Under the pieces are notes generated by a model that worked only from the letters and a program-made list of their open reading frames with translations, did no database searches and was not told where the DNA came from. The position numbers and the translations under genes were made by a program. Source: a virus (Duplodnaviria; Caudoviricetes). Taken from it: 64,000 nt of DNA. Location: IMG/VR virus record IMGVR_UViG_3300028887_000078; one strand, 5' to 3'. Every line of letters begins with the position of its first letter. The first letter of the stretch is position 1. Below are positions 46,204 through 55,810 of the stretch, one piece after another.

Positions 46204-47826
46204 ATGAAAAAGGACATTTTTACAAAATCGGAAAATTTCAAGGAAGAATACTCTGCTACAATCGTCAGGGTTGGTGAACTCAAGGACATCGAGAACTCCG
46301 ACAACCTCAAGCAGGCAATCATAGACGGGTTCTCCGTCGTGGTGAACAAGAATGACGTGAGTGAAGGCGACCTTATGGTCTATTGCAAGAATGAAACGCA
46401 ACTGAACTCGTCATTCCTTTCGGTGAATAATATGTATGAAATCGGAGAGCGACACCTCAACGCAAATGCGGATGTGGTTGAGCAACTCATCGCCGAAGGC
46501 AAAAACGACGAGGCGAAGGCGAAAGTCGGTTACTTCAACAAACACGGTCGTGTCAAGATGATTAAACTGCGCGGTTGCCCATCTATGGGTGTGCTCATAC
46601 GTTTCGATTCCCTTGTGAATTGGGACAACGAACTTACCGACGTGAAACTTGAAGACTATGTGAAGTATGACGAAAACGGAAACTTCATCCCGTTCGACTT
46701 CGACACTGTGAACAGCAAACTTTTCGTCAAGGCGTATGTGCCGAAAGTGAACCCTTGCAGAAGCGGAGGCGGAAGCGGGAACAAGAGAAACAACAAAATC
46801 AAACGCTTCGACCGTATGATTGAAGGCGAGTTCGCATTTCACTATGACACGAACCAACTCAACTCAAATATGTGGAGACTCACTCCCGACACGGAGGTCT
46901 ATATCAGCACGAAAGTACACGGCACATCCATCTGTCTCGGAAACGTGCTTGTGAAGAAACCGACCCTGATGAACAAAATCCGTGACTTTTTCAATGCAAT
47001 CAAAGACCGCAAAATCAGAAAGATTGAGAAACAAATCGGAAAAATCAATATGGGTTCAGGTGGAAGCGACTTGTCAGACGCCCACACAAGATTGATTTCC
47101 GAACTGCAAAAGAAGTCCACGAGATTGGAGAACCGCAAGTTCAAGAATTTTGACACCGAATACTACAACGTGTATTCATCAAGAACCGTCATCAAGAACC
47201 AATACATCAACAAGCAGGTGAACAGCGGTTTCTACTCCGTCGACGTTTGGGGTGAATACAATGAACTTCTTAAAGGCAAAATTCCGCAGAACATCACCAT
47301 CTATGGAGAGATTGTGGGATACCTCACTGGTTCCGACAAAATGATTCAGAAGGGTTATGACTATGGATGCGACAAGGGAACAAACAAACTTATGATTTAC
47401 CGCGTCACAGAAAAAGTGGCGGACGGCACACATAGGGAATACGACATCGACGAGGTTGTCAACTTCACGCAGTCGCTGCTCGACAACTATCCTGAAATCA
47501 GTGAAAGGATACTTCCCTATACCCTTCTGTACCACGGCAAACTCTCCGAACTCTATCCGCAGATAGACACTCAAAACCATTGGAACGAAAACGTCCTTGA
47601 GGCGATGAAGAACGACAGGCAGACCTTCGGAATGGAACTCGACGAACCTATGTGCAGGAATAAGGTTCCGAGAGAGGGAATCTGCCTGCGAATCGCGAAC
47701 GACCCCGTAAAGGAGTGCTTCAAACTCAAATGCCTCACTTTCTTGGGCAAGGAAGCGAAGGAAATCGACAAGGGCGAAGTTGACATCGAGATGATGGACA
47801 ACTATGTCGGAGATGATGAAAACTAA
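46204..47826 (+). CDS. RNA ligase (DRB0094-like, N-terminal tRNA-binding OB fold)
   Basis: ATIV.V..L..IENSD.L, R+K.IKLRG.PS.G, motif I KVHGTS, YGEI.G, REGI, FKLK. Confidence 0.85.
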   Translation: MKKDIFTKSENFKEEYSATIVRVGELKDIENSDNLKQAIIDGFSVVVNKNDVSEGDLMVYCKNETQLNSSFLSVNNMYEIGERHLNANADVVEQLIAEGKNDEAKAKVGYFNKHGRVKMIKLRGCPSMGVLIRFDSLVNWDNELTDVKLEDYVKYDENGNFIPFDFDTVNSKLFVKAYVPKVNPCRSGGGSGNKRNNKIKRFDRMIEGEFAFHYDTNQLNSNMWRLTPDTEVYISTKVHGTSICLGNVLVKKPTLMNKIRDFFNAIKDRKIRKIEKQIGKINMGSGGSDLSDAHTRLISELQKKSTRLENRKFKNFDTEYYNVYSSRTVIKNQYINKQVNSGFYSVDVWGEYNELLKGKIPQNITIYGEIVGYLTGSDKMIQKGYDYGCDKGTNKLMIYRVTEKVADGTHREYDIDEVVNFTQSLLDNYPEISERILPYTLLYHGKLSELYPQIDTQNHWNENVLEAMKNDRQTFGMELDEPMCRNKVPREGICLRIANDPVKECFKLKCLTFLGKEAKEIDKGEVDIEMMDNYVGDDEN

Positions 47827-47877
47827 TTGCTTTTTGCAAAACCTTTCATAAATTTTAGTTTTTATTGTTATTATGCG

Positions 47878-47906
47878 AATCAGGCGGGAAAATTCCCGCC
47901 TGATTT
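47878..47906. terminator. Hairpin terminator
   Basis: AATCAGGCGGGAA/TTCCCGCCTGATT. Confidence 0.7.
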
Positions 47907-47915
47907 GTTTATGCA

Positions 47916-47934
47916 GATATATCAATGATATATC
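47916..47934. promoter_or_regulatory. GATATATC-N3-GATATATC box (perfect copy)
   Basis: GATATATC AAT GATATATC. Confidence 0.7.
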
Positions 47935-48157
47935 GTGATTATTTCAACTTTCAAAACCGTTCACTTTCAGGAACTCCTTGATGTTTTCAAGTCCAAACGC
48001 TTGGTTTGGGCGGATGTTGTAGTGCGGTATGTCGTCTTTAACGGAATTGTTTATATAAAAAGTGCATCGCTTTCCATTATATTCAATAAATGGACAACCT
48101 ATGAAGGACAGAGTATAACATAATCGCCGAACACATTTGACAAAAACAGGAGGAACA

Positions 48158-48487
48158 ATGAAACTGACGGACACCAATGTATTGGCACCAAAAAGGCAAC
48201 CAGACATATCACACCTTGTTTCCGACCATCTGAACTACGATAACTACGACGGTACATTGCACGTGTGCATAATCAACCGAAAAGACAGTCACATCACGGA
48301 GTTCAATATCAGGTTCATAAACGAAGGTATGTCCACATACCTGCGCAGAATACTTGATGTACTTGACTTGGATATAAGCGAGGAGATAAAGTTGGACGCG
48401 ATAAGGGAATACTTCTACCGATGCTTCTGTGTAAAACTGTTGGAGGAAGTACACGACATAATCAGTGTGAATGTAACATACAAATAG
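48158..48487 (+). CDS. Hypothetical protein, N-terminal tag family (MKLTDT)
   Basis: First gene of the tandem array; start moved to ATG 48158. Confidence 0.7.
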   Translation: MKLTDTNVLAPKRQPDISHLVSDHLNYDNYDGTLHVCIINRKDSHITEFNIRFINEGMSTYLRRILDVLDLDISEEIKLDAIREYFYRCFCVKLLEEVHDIISVNVTYK

Positions 48488-48490
48488 ACT

Positions 48491-48874
48491 ATGAGAATAA
48501 CTGAAAGCGGAAACATAAGGGAATCACTGATAAAGGACAAGTTTGACAAGGTGTTCTATGACGACAGGTATGTTGTTGATGAGAGTGCATACGACACAGT
48601 GCTGTATGTTCAGTTCAGGTCGGAAAAAGACCCCAATGACATCCTGACCTACAAGATATTATTCTATGAGGACTACAACAAGAGCAGTGACGATATGCAC
48701 AAACTTGTCGTGACGCTTATGAAGGATGAAACTATGGACACCTGCGACAACGCGGTGAAGGAGTACCTGTTCAAGCATCAAGGTGTGATATTCGGTGACA
48801 TTGAGATAAACGGGGTGGTTTACAACAACCCCTACAAAGTGGTCAGCACAATGATTAAAAGCGCAAGGATATGA
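48491..48874 (+). CDS. Hypothetical protein, tag family (MRITES)
   Basis: Tandem array; ATGA-coupled to the next gene. Confidence 0.75.
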   Translation: MRITESGNIRESLIKDKFDKVFYDDRYVVDESAYDTVLYVQFRSEKDPNDILTYKILFYEDYNKSSDDMHKLVVTLMKDETMDTCDNAVKEYLFKHQGVIFGDIEINGVVYNNPYKVVSTMIKSARI

Positions 48875-49368
48875 AAATCACAGAAAGCGGCATTTCGGAA
48901 ACTCTTGAAATGGACAATCCCATATTGGTGGACTCCAATGTCATAATTGACAACGGATACGGGAATTACACCCACAAACTCATAATCGCCTATTTTGGAG
49001 ATGGATACCATACACATTTCAGAATACTGTTCAATCCTGAAACGATGAGCATCAAACTGCACAACGCATTCTTACAGGCGGACATTGACCCTTATAACAT
49101 AAATCAGTGCAATGTTCCAAACGAAACCGACAATTTTGAACTTATAAAATGCGTGTACTACGATTTTGACAAGGAGACCGACAAGAAGAAATACAACGGC
49201 ATCAAAGAATATGTAAACTCCATAAAGCACAACAACCACCCAAATATTGAAATCATATATGGCATCAAGATAAACAAAGGTGAGTACTCTGCAAGCAGAG
49301 GCACTTATTCGGTGAAGGTGTCAGGCGGTTACTACCATACGACAAACATAACGGCGAAGAATATATGA
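48871..49368 (+). CDS. Hypothetical protein, tag family (MKITES)
   Basis: Tandem array; ATGA-coupled. Confidence 0.75.
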   Translation: MKITESGISETLEMDNPILVDSNVIIDNGYGNYTHKLIIAYFGDGYHTHFRILFNPETMSIKLHNAFLQADIDPYNINQCNVPNETDNFELIKCVYYDFDKETDKKKYNGIKEYVNSIKHNNHPNIEIIYGIKINKGEYSASRGTYSVKVSGGYYHTTNITAKNI

Positions 49369-49814
49369 AACTATCGGACACGGACAAATTCAAGGGGAAC
49401 AAACTCACCGACAACGGGGAGTATTACATAAACGACTATGAGGGCGGCAAACCTTCGGGTGGCATCATCGTTGAGATAACCTGCGCCTCCGAGACCTACC
49501 AATTCAACATATACTATGACCTGTTGCGGGTCAGCAGGGAGGTCGCGCAAATCCTTGACGGGATAGAGAAGCACAAGAACAGATACAACGGTATCACGAA
49601 AAAGGAGGGTGACAACAACGCCGCCGAACTTTGTGCCAACATCCTCAAATACCTGAACAAGACATACCCTGAAATAACGACCGACGGGACATACAGGGTG
49701 ACGGGATGGAGCAACTACATATATGCGCCGTTCCAAGTGAATGTGGTCGGTGTGAACGGCATATCGGGTGTGACCGTGAACACAACAATAGGAAATTCAA
49801 ACTACGCGATATGA
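49365..49814 (+). CDS. Hypothetical protein, tag family (MKLSDT)
   Basis: Tandem array; ATGA-coupled. Confidence 0.75.
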   Translation: MKLSDTDKFKGNKLTDNGEYYINDYEGGKPSGGIIVEITCASETYQFNIYYDLLRVSREVAQILDGIEKHKNRYNGITKKEGDNNAAELCANILKYLNKTYPEITTDGTYRVTGWSNYIYAPFQVNVVGVNGISGVTVNTTIGNSNYAI

Positions 49815-50215
49815 GAATAACACAATCCGACAGTATGGTGAAGGAGGTCATTGATACCTGTGGGAACATTGACGTGTTTGACACCACGTCTGCATACAAC
49901 GATGTGTGCGCTATCTTGGACGGCGGTAAGGCGAAGAACTGCCTCCGCTATGCCGTTCTCGGAATCACAAGGGACAGGAAAGGTGCGGTCATCAGGATAT
50001 GGTACAACGACGGAATGGAGTCAAAGCAACTTATGAGGGTGCTGCGGACGATAGCGAACAGGGACTTCATCACAACGAAGAGTTGGTACGGTGTTGTTCT
50101 CGGATATTTCTGCCGCTACCTGAACGAGACCGCCAACAAGGACATCTTTCCGAAATGGTACAGTATGCGCAGTGCGAATGCGAAAAAAATGAAGGATATG
50201 AGCATACATATCTGA
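49811..50215 (+). CDS. Hypothetical protein, tag family (MRITQS)
   Basis: Start moved to the coupled ATG at 49811. Confidence 0.7.
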   Translation: MRITQSDSMVKEVIDTCGNIDVFDTTSAYNDVCAILDGGKAKNCLRYAVLGITRDRKGAVIRIWYNDGMESKQLMRVLRTIANRDFITTKSWYGVVLGYFCRYLNETANKDIFPKWYSMRSANAKKMKDMSIHI

Positions 50216-50244
50216 AATTTTCATTATATTCAATAAAAAGAACT

Positions 50245-50517
50245 ATGCGGATAAGCGAGTCAGACGAATTTGGCAGTGAAATCTATGATGGGGAAGTTTT
50301 TGACCTGTATGACGATTTTGCAGTATATCACGCTATGGCGAGGTTCTTGAATCAAGGGGTGAATATTCCGCCAAACATTATGTATGTGGAATTGGGGTTT
50401 ACAACAGTTTATTGAAAATCTAATAAAATCTATGAAAAACTGATAAAAACCAACCGATATAAATCTATGCACAGTCCGAACAAATATGAGATGAAACAAA
50501 TGGAGATTGGAATATGA
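50245..50517 (+). pseudogene. Tag-family gene (MRISES) disrupted by an IS607-like left-end remnant
   Basis: ORF stops at 50415 inside the remnant; likely original C-terminus HSPNKYEMKQMEIGI* (50467-50517) still ATGA-coupled to the next gene. Confidence 0.7.
50398..50464 (+). mobile_element. Solo left-end remnant of the IS607-like element
   Basis: Close match to 1045-1111 (AACAGTT..TTGAAAATCTAATAAAATCTA.GAAAAACT..TAAAAAC.AAC.GATATAAAT), again directly after TTGGG(G). Confidence 0.8.
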
Positions 50518-50960
50518 GAATAAGCGACAACACAATTCTTAAAGACCTTGCCGACACGGGAGTCCGCCACATAGATTGGGCAGACGGAAGTTGGGGAAAC
50601 GGTGTGCCGTTCTGCAACCTGTTCACCCTCGCCACCATAAAGTTGTTTGACGGGAAAGGCGGCGTGCTTGAAGAACCGCAGACACTTGAGTTCAACGCCA
50701 CATCCTACCAATTTGCCCGCGTATCCTGCGCTATGAGCGAGATAATAAAAGGGGCGATAGCCATCAAGGAACTCCGTGAGAGCGGAATAAACGGAAAGGA
50801 GATGGAGATGAAGGAGACCTTGCAGACACTTGAACGCAAGGTTAGGAACTACATATCCCAAGTGGCGATTGGTCGCGACATCCTCTGTCTGACGGAACTG
50901 CAAACATTTGACATAAGACTGTATGACGATGACGGGAAGGAGATGTTCAGACTGCTATGA
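50514..50960 (+). CDS. Hypothetical protein, tag family (MRISDN)
   Basis: Last gene of the array. Confidence 0.75.
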   Translation: MRISDNTILKDLADTGVRHIDWADGSWGNGVPFCNLFTLATIKLFDGKGGVLEEPQTLEFNATSYQFARVSCAMSEIIKGAIAIKELRESGINGKEMEMKETLQTLERKVRNYISQVAIGRDILCLTELQTFDIRLYDDDGKEMFRLL

Positions 50961-51065
50961 GAGCAACAATCTTATGGAATCGTGTGTGACACTTTTGGAA
51001 CGTATGACAATATCAATGATGTATCATATTTTTCAAATTTTCATTATATTCAATAAAAGAAGTAT

Positions 51066-51329
51066 ATGAAAATACAGACAACAGACGAGTACGCGGGCAA
51101 CGTCCTTTACCGATGGCGGGAGTCATTCAACAACGTGTGGCACGAGACACGGTGCGAGGTTATTTCACACAACGACAAGACCGCCGTCATAAAACTTCTC
51201 GGTTTCGGAAAGGACGGAAGAAGACCAGGTTCCCAAATGCGTGTCAAACTGACATCGCTCGTCGGTTTCAAACAGGAAACTCCGAAAGAGGTCGATGACA
51301 AGTGGAAAGGTTACACCTATTTCGACTAA
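51066..51329 (+). CDS. Hypothetical protein (MKIQTTDE)
   Basis: 87 aa, behind TTATATTCAA. Confidence 0.7.
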   Translation: MKIQTTDEYAGNVLYRWRESFNNVWHETRCEVISHNDKTAVIKLLGFGKDGRRPGSQMRVKLTSLVGFKQETPKEVDDKWKGYTYFD

Positions 51330-51760
51330 CACTCGTCGTACAACCGCTTGAGGTCTATGTCCCTGTGGTTTACCGTGAAGTCGATGAACAGTTGTTCGTA
51401 TGGCGTCAGTTGTTTGCTTGATATGTTAAACCCGAACGGTATGTTGAAGTATTTGATAATCTTCATATACATCTTTGCAATCTTTTGGACGATTGCCTGC
51501 GAGTTCATATAAAGCGTTTCAAAATACTCTATCAGGTCGCGGAGTTCTTCCGCAGGGATTGGGTTCTCCTGTGTGTATTCGTTTTTCACAATCTTGAACA
51601 CCGCGTCGTAGAACGGTTTCCTGCCGTTCTCAATCTCGCCGAGTCTGTATTTTTTCATCAAAGGTTTGTTCCTGTATTCGTTCAGTTTCCCTGAAAGGAA
51701 CTCCGATATGCTTTCCGTCATACGCTCGGAAAATTCACTCATACTCATAATGTGTGTCAC
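51326..51760 (-). CDS. Late hypothetical protein with propeptide-like leader
   Basis: THIMSMSEF...MTES; TATAAATA at 51781-51788 (minus). Confidence 0.65.
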   Translation of the reverse strand: MTHIMSMSEFSERMTESISEFLSGKLNEYRNKPLMKKYRLGEIENGRKPFYDAVFKIVKNEYTQENPIPAEELRDLIEYFETLYMNSQAIVQKIAKMYMKIIKYFNIPFGFNISSKQLTPYEQLFIDFTVNHRDIDLKRLYDEC

Positions 51761-51802
51761 TGGACTTTGTATATTTTATCTATTTATAAGGTTACATTTC
51801 TT

Positions 51803-51825
51803 TATAAATATATCGTTGATATATC
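51803..51825 (+). promoter_or_regulatory. Late promoter fused to a GATATATC box
   Basis: TATAAATATATC GTT GATATATC, 9 nt before the ATG. Confidence 0.75.
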
Positions 51826-51834
51826 GCAAGGATT

Positions 51835-52701
51835 ATGAGTTACTATGTAGATTGCAATGACACCGAGGCGCAGGAATGTCTCGCGGAGTTCACAGACCGA
51901 ATAAACAAGAAGATGACACTGAACTGCCAAATACCCTTTTCGCTCCCGACGGCGGCGATTGCACAGGTTGTCGGCGAGGCGAAGAAATACTTCTACAACA
52001 AATACGACGACTCTATGGAGGAACTTTTCATTTCCTGCCCGTGGGAGGTGTTACAAGACCCGAAGTTCAAATTCGGTCTCACCAACAGGGAGGGTATGGA
52101 CGGCAACAAAATCCTGAAGTCGGAAACACAGAAGGACAGGGGCGTTTTGGTTATGCCCGACAACGTCTTTTCCGTTTTGCGTGTCTACCAACTCGGACGA
52201 TTCAGCGGAGAGGCGGGTTGGGGAAGTTCGACAAGACTCGACGGCGGAAATATGGACTTCGGAATCCAAAGGATGTTCGCGTCGAGTATGTACAACGACC
52301 GCCTGCCGCAAGCAGCGGACAACCTCACATATTGGACTTGCAACTGGTACTTTTTCGACCAAGCGCGGCAGATGTTGCAGGAAATGCACAGTTTCAAATA
52401 CAACCGTCTGACAAAGAAGTTCAGGTTCACAGGTGAGTTGCCGAAGTATCCCTGTGTATTCGACGTTCTGTGCACGATACCTGACTGCGACTTGTTCGAC
52501 GATGATTTGTTCTTCAGGTATTGCGTGGCAATCTGTATGAAGGATATGAGCAGAATTTTGGGTATGTTCCAATACAATCTGCCCGGAAACGTGACCATCA
52601 ACTATGATATGTACCAACAGTGGGGTTCGGAGGAATTGCAGGAAATAAAGGAGGAAATCGACCAGAACCGCCACAGCGTCGCCTATTTCTACACAACCTA
52701 A
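51835..52701 (+). CDS. Neck protein (T4 gp13-like)
   Basis: EA.KYF...Y.D..E, .P..V.SV, F.YN..T, D..F.RY..A......RILG.F...LPGNVTIN......G.EE...+.E+I. Confidence 0.75.
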   Translation: MSYYVDCNDTEAQECLAEFTDRINKKMTLNCQIPFSLPTAAIAQVVGEAKKYFYNKYDDSMEELFISCPWEVLQDPKFKFGLTNREGMDGNKILKSETQKDRGVLVMPDNVFSVLRVYQLGRFSGEAGWGSSTRLDGGNMDFGIQRMFASSMYNDRLPQAADNLTYWTCNWYFFDQARQMLQEMHSFKYNRLTKKFRFTGELPKYPCVFDVLCTIPDCDLFDDDLFFRYCVAICMKDMSRILGMFQYNLPGNVTINYDMYQQWGSEELQEIKEEIDQNRHSVAYFYTT

Positions 52702-52732
52702 AAAAACGTTTCATTTTTTGTTATATTCAAGT

Positions 52733-54493
52733 ATGGACAAAAAAGAAATAATAGACGAGGTTCTAACAAGGCGTATATGCAATGGGAAGTCGTTCGCCAA
52801 AATGTTTCCGAAGGAATATGGCGAGATGATGAAAATCGAATTTCCAAAGGATTTCAAGTTTTCACAGAAACTTTATCATTATCTGAATTGCGACGACAAC
52901 CTTGAACTTGGGTTGTGTCCGGAATGCGGAAGTCGCTGTGGATATATAAACCTGAAACGCGGGTACCATACCTATTGCTCTTCAAAATGTGCCACGTCTT
53001 CCAATGCGGTGCAGGAAAAGATGAAGGCGACCTGCCTTGAAAAGTACGGCGTTGAAAGTCCGACAAAAAACAATGATATTAGGGAACGTATAAAGAACAC
53101 CAACATTGAAAAATATGGTGTTGACAACCCTATGAAGTCCGATTTGGTGAAACATCGTGTGATACAAAACACGCTTGAAAAATATGGAGTGGAACACACA
53201 ACACAACTTGAATGTGTGAAAGAAAAGATAAAACAGGCAAACCTTGAGAAATACGGGTGTGAATGTGTGTTCGGGTCGGATGTGATAAAGGACAAGATAA
53301 AACAGACAAACCTTGAAAAATACGGCAGTGAATACATAGGCGGTTCGGAGGAAATTCGTAAAAAAATCGAAGAGCGCAACTTTGAGAAATACGGTGTTAA
53401 ATGCACACTTGAACTCGATTGCATCAAGGAAAAATCAAAGAAGACCAACCTTGAAAAATACGGTGTTGAGCATCCTGCACAATCGGAAGAGATACAAAGC
53501 AAGGCGAAACGGACGAACAATATGAAATATGGTGTCGATTTTCCATTGTCGTCAAAAGAAGTCCGTGAAAAAATAAGGAAAACAACACTTGACCGATATG
53601 GTGTAGAATGGGCGTGTATGCGAACGGAGGCGAGGAACTATTCCAACGACTCGAAACCGAACAGGGCGTTTGCCGAACTTTTGTCCGAACGGGGTGTCCA
53701 ATTCGACCGCGAGTTCCCGCTTGGCAAGTATTCCTATGATTTCAGAATCGGCGACACCCTTGTCGAAATCAATCCGACAATCACGCACAACTCGTTTTTA
53801 AGTGTTTTTGGGGATGCTCCGAAGTCAAACGACTACCATTGCCAAAAAAGTGAAACAGCCTCTAAAAACGGTTATAAATGCGTCCATATATGGGATTGGG
53901 ACGATGTTGGCAAAGTGGTCGCAATGTTTGTGGAAAAGACAACCCTGCACGCAAGGAAACTGAATGTGTGTGTTGTGGGCACAAACATTGCGGACGTATT
54001 TTTCAACGAGAACCACATACAGGGAACCTGCCGAGGGAAGTCGCTTTGTGTCGGTCTCTATGACAACGGCACGCTTGTTATGTGTATGGCGTTCGGCAAA
54101 CCGAGATACAACAGGAATTATGAATTTGAACTGTTGAGGTTGTGTACGAAACAGGGATATGCGGTTGTCGGCGGGGCGGAGCGTCTGTTCAAGTTTGCGC
54201 TTGACAGACTTGAATGTTCAAGTGTGATAAGTTATTGTGACTGTTCAAAGTTCAGCGGCGATGTCTATGAGCGACTTGGTTTCAAAAAAGTCCGCACTTC
54301 AAAACCGACGAAGCATTGGTTCAGGATGTCGGACAGGTGTCACGTCACCGACAACCTGTTGAGGCAGCGCGGGTTCGACCAACTGTTCAATGCAAATTAC
54401 GGAAAGGGGACGTCGAATGAGGAACTTATGCTTGAGAATGGATTTCTTCCAGTGTATGATTGCGGTCAGGACATTTGGTCTTATGAACGGTAG
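52733..54493 (+). CDS. Free-standing homing-endonuclease-like protein (KYG repeats plus Vsr/PD-(D/E)xK-like nuclease and Hef-like C-terminus)
   Basis: CPECG..YCS.KC zinc finger, about 9 T.LEKYG repeats, YDF...LVEIN...TH, HIWDWD, NHIQG, ELLRLC, YDCG. Confidence 0.75.
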   Translation: MDKKEIIDEVLTRRICNGKSFAKMFPKEYGEMMKIEFPKDFKFSQKLYHYLNCDDNLELGLCPECGSRCGYINLKRGYHTYCSSKCATSSNAVQEKMKATCLEKYGVESPTKNNDIRERIKNTNIEKYGVDNPMKSDLVKHRVIQNTLEKYGVEHTTQLECVKEKIKQANLEKYGCECVFGSDVIKDKIKQTNLEKYGSEYIGGSEEIRKKIEERNFEKYGVKCTLELDCIKEKSKKTNLEKYGVEHPAQSEEIQSKAKRTNNMKYGVDFPLSSKEVREKIRKTTLDRYGVEWACMRTEARNYSNDSKPNRAFAELLSERGVQFDREFPLGKYSYDFRIGDTLVEINPTITHNSFLSVFGDAPKSNDYHCQKSETASKNGYKCVHIWDWDDVGKVVAMFVEKTTLHARKLNVCVVGTNIADVFFNENHIQGTCRGKSLCVGLYDNGTLVMCMAFGKPRYNRNYEFELLRLCTKQGYAVVGGAERLFKFALDRLECSSVISYCDCSKFSGDVYERLGFKKVRTSKPTKHWFRMSDRCHVTDNLLRQRGFDQLFNANYGKGTSNEELMLENGFLPVYDCGQDIWSYER

Positions 54494-54496
54494 TGT

Positions 54497-54907
54497 TCAG
54501 TCCACCGTACACATAAGGTATATTTCAACACCACCGCTTTGCGATTGGGACGCCCGCAATCTCAAATTGTTGAAGTTGTAGGTCTCCAATGCGTTTTTGC
54601 AGTAGTTTTTAGTCCATTTGTCCGCATTGGACGATTTGCTGTCGTAGGACGCGAGTATCTTGACACGCACCTCGGCGGGCGTTGCACCTGTAATCTCGAA
54701 TGTGTGTATATTGAGTGGAAATTCGAGAACGACACCTGACGCGTAGTTGTATATTCTCATATTCGCAACGGAACCTTCGCCCAACATACCGACGATTTCG
54801 TCGCGGTTTCTTGCAAAGAAACCGTCGGTCGGTGCGCTTGCTTCAAACACCTTGTATATGGGTGCGCTTTCAAGTATGCCTTGTGACAGCGCCGAATCGG
54901 AAATCAT
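54497..54907 (-). CDS. Hypothetical protein
   Basis: 136-aa ORF, last of the minus-strand run. Confidence 0.65.
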   Translation of the reverse strand: MISDSALSQGILESAPIYKVFEASAPTDGFFARNRDEIVGMLGEGSVANMRIYNYASGVVLEFPLNIHTFEITGATPAEVRVKILASYDSKSSNADKWTKNYCKNALETYNFNNLRLRASQSQSGGVEIYLMCTVD

Positions 54908-54912
54908 AGTCG

Positions 54913-55422
54913 TTATTTGCCGAAAACCTTTTCCGCCTCGCGGTTCATCTGCTTGTAGGTGAGGGAAATGGGACGCTTCGCACCGAACATAGACCCCATA
55001 CGCAGTCTGCCCTTCCCGTAGACGGGTCTTTTCATTTCGATTTGGTCTTTCGTCATATTGGACATAATCGTAAGTATCACCCTTGCCGACGCATAGTCCA
55101 TCGACACCTCCGTGTTGTAATACATCCTTGCGCGGCGGATAAAGTTGCTCACCTCCTCATAGAACGTCTTCGGTGTGGCGCACCAATGCGGCGACGTGCG
55201 TTCATATTCGTTGAGGTTCGAGATGATTTTCTCGTGTGCGGCGAACAGGAAGTGCATAATGGTCTCCCTCGACATTTTCCTTTCATAGGAGCGTCTTTCG
55301 TTCAATCTGATTACGTTTTCCACTTCCTTGAAGAACTCGTCCTCGTTGGACGAGTCGTTTTCGTACCAGCCTTTCGAGTAGAGCACGAGGTCAATCCATT
55401 CAAAGTCTTTTATCTTTTCCAT
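54913..55422 (-). CDS. Hypothetical protein
   Basis: 169-aa ORF. Confidence 0.7.
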   Translation of the reverse strand: MEKIKDFEWIDLVLYSKGWYENDSSNEDEFFKEVENVIRLNERRSYERKMSRETIMHFLFAAHEKIISNLNEYERTSPHWCATPKTFYEEVSNFIRRARMYYNTEVSMDYASARVILTIMSNMTKDQIEMKRPVYGKGRLRMGSMFGAKRPISLTYKQMNREAEKVFGK

Positions 55423-55444
55423 ATCGTTGTCTCTTTTGTCGTTT

Positions 55445-55804
55445 TTATTGTATTTCTTTCATTGCATTTTCAACACAACCGTATTTTTCTTTGATTTCGT
55501 CACTGAACATATATGTCATTGTTGTGAAATCATCCACAATTTCGTCTAATTCCCAGATTTTGAGCAAGGCTTTGAAATACGGTATCATAAGTGTCATAAA
55601 CACTTTGTTGTACAAATAAACGCGTTTGGAGCCTTCGTCATAACCTCCGATGTGCATTGTGAAGGAAATGTCTTTGTTGAATCCAATCAGAACCGCCATT
55701 TCATTTTCGTTTTCTTTCTGACGGGTTCTCAACCTTTCCTCCAATTCGTACATAAATTCTTCTTTACGAGACCATCCATTCAACATTCTTTTATCTTTTT
55801 CCAT
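55445..55804 (-). CDS. Hypothetical protein
   Basis: 119-aa ORF. Confidence 0.65.
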   Translation of the reverse strand: MEKDKRMLNGWSRKEEFMYELEERLRTRQKENENEMAVLIGFNKDISFTMHIGGYDEGSKRVYLYNKVFMTLMIPYFKALLKIWELDEIVDDFTTMTYMFSDEIKEKYGCVENAMKEIQ

Positions 55805-55810
55805 ATTGTC

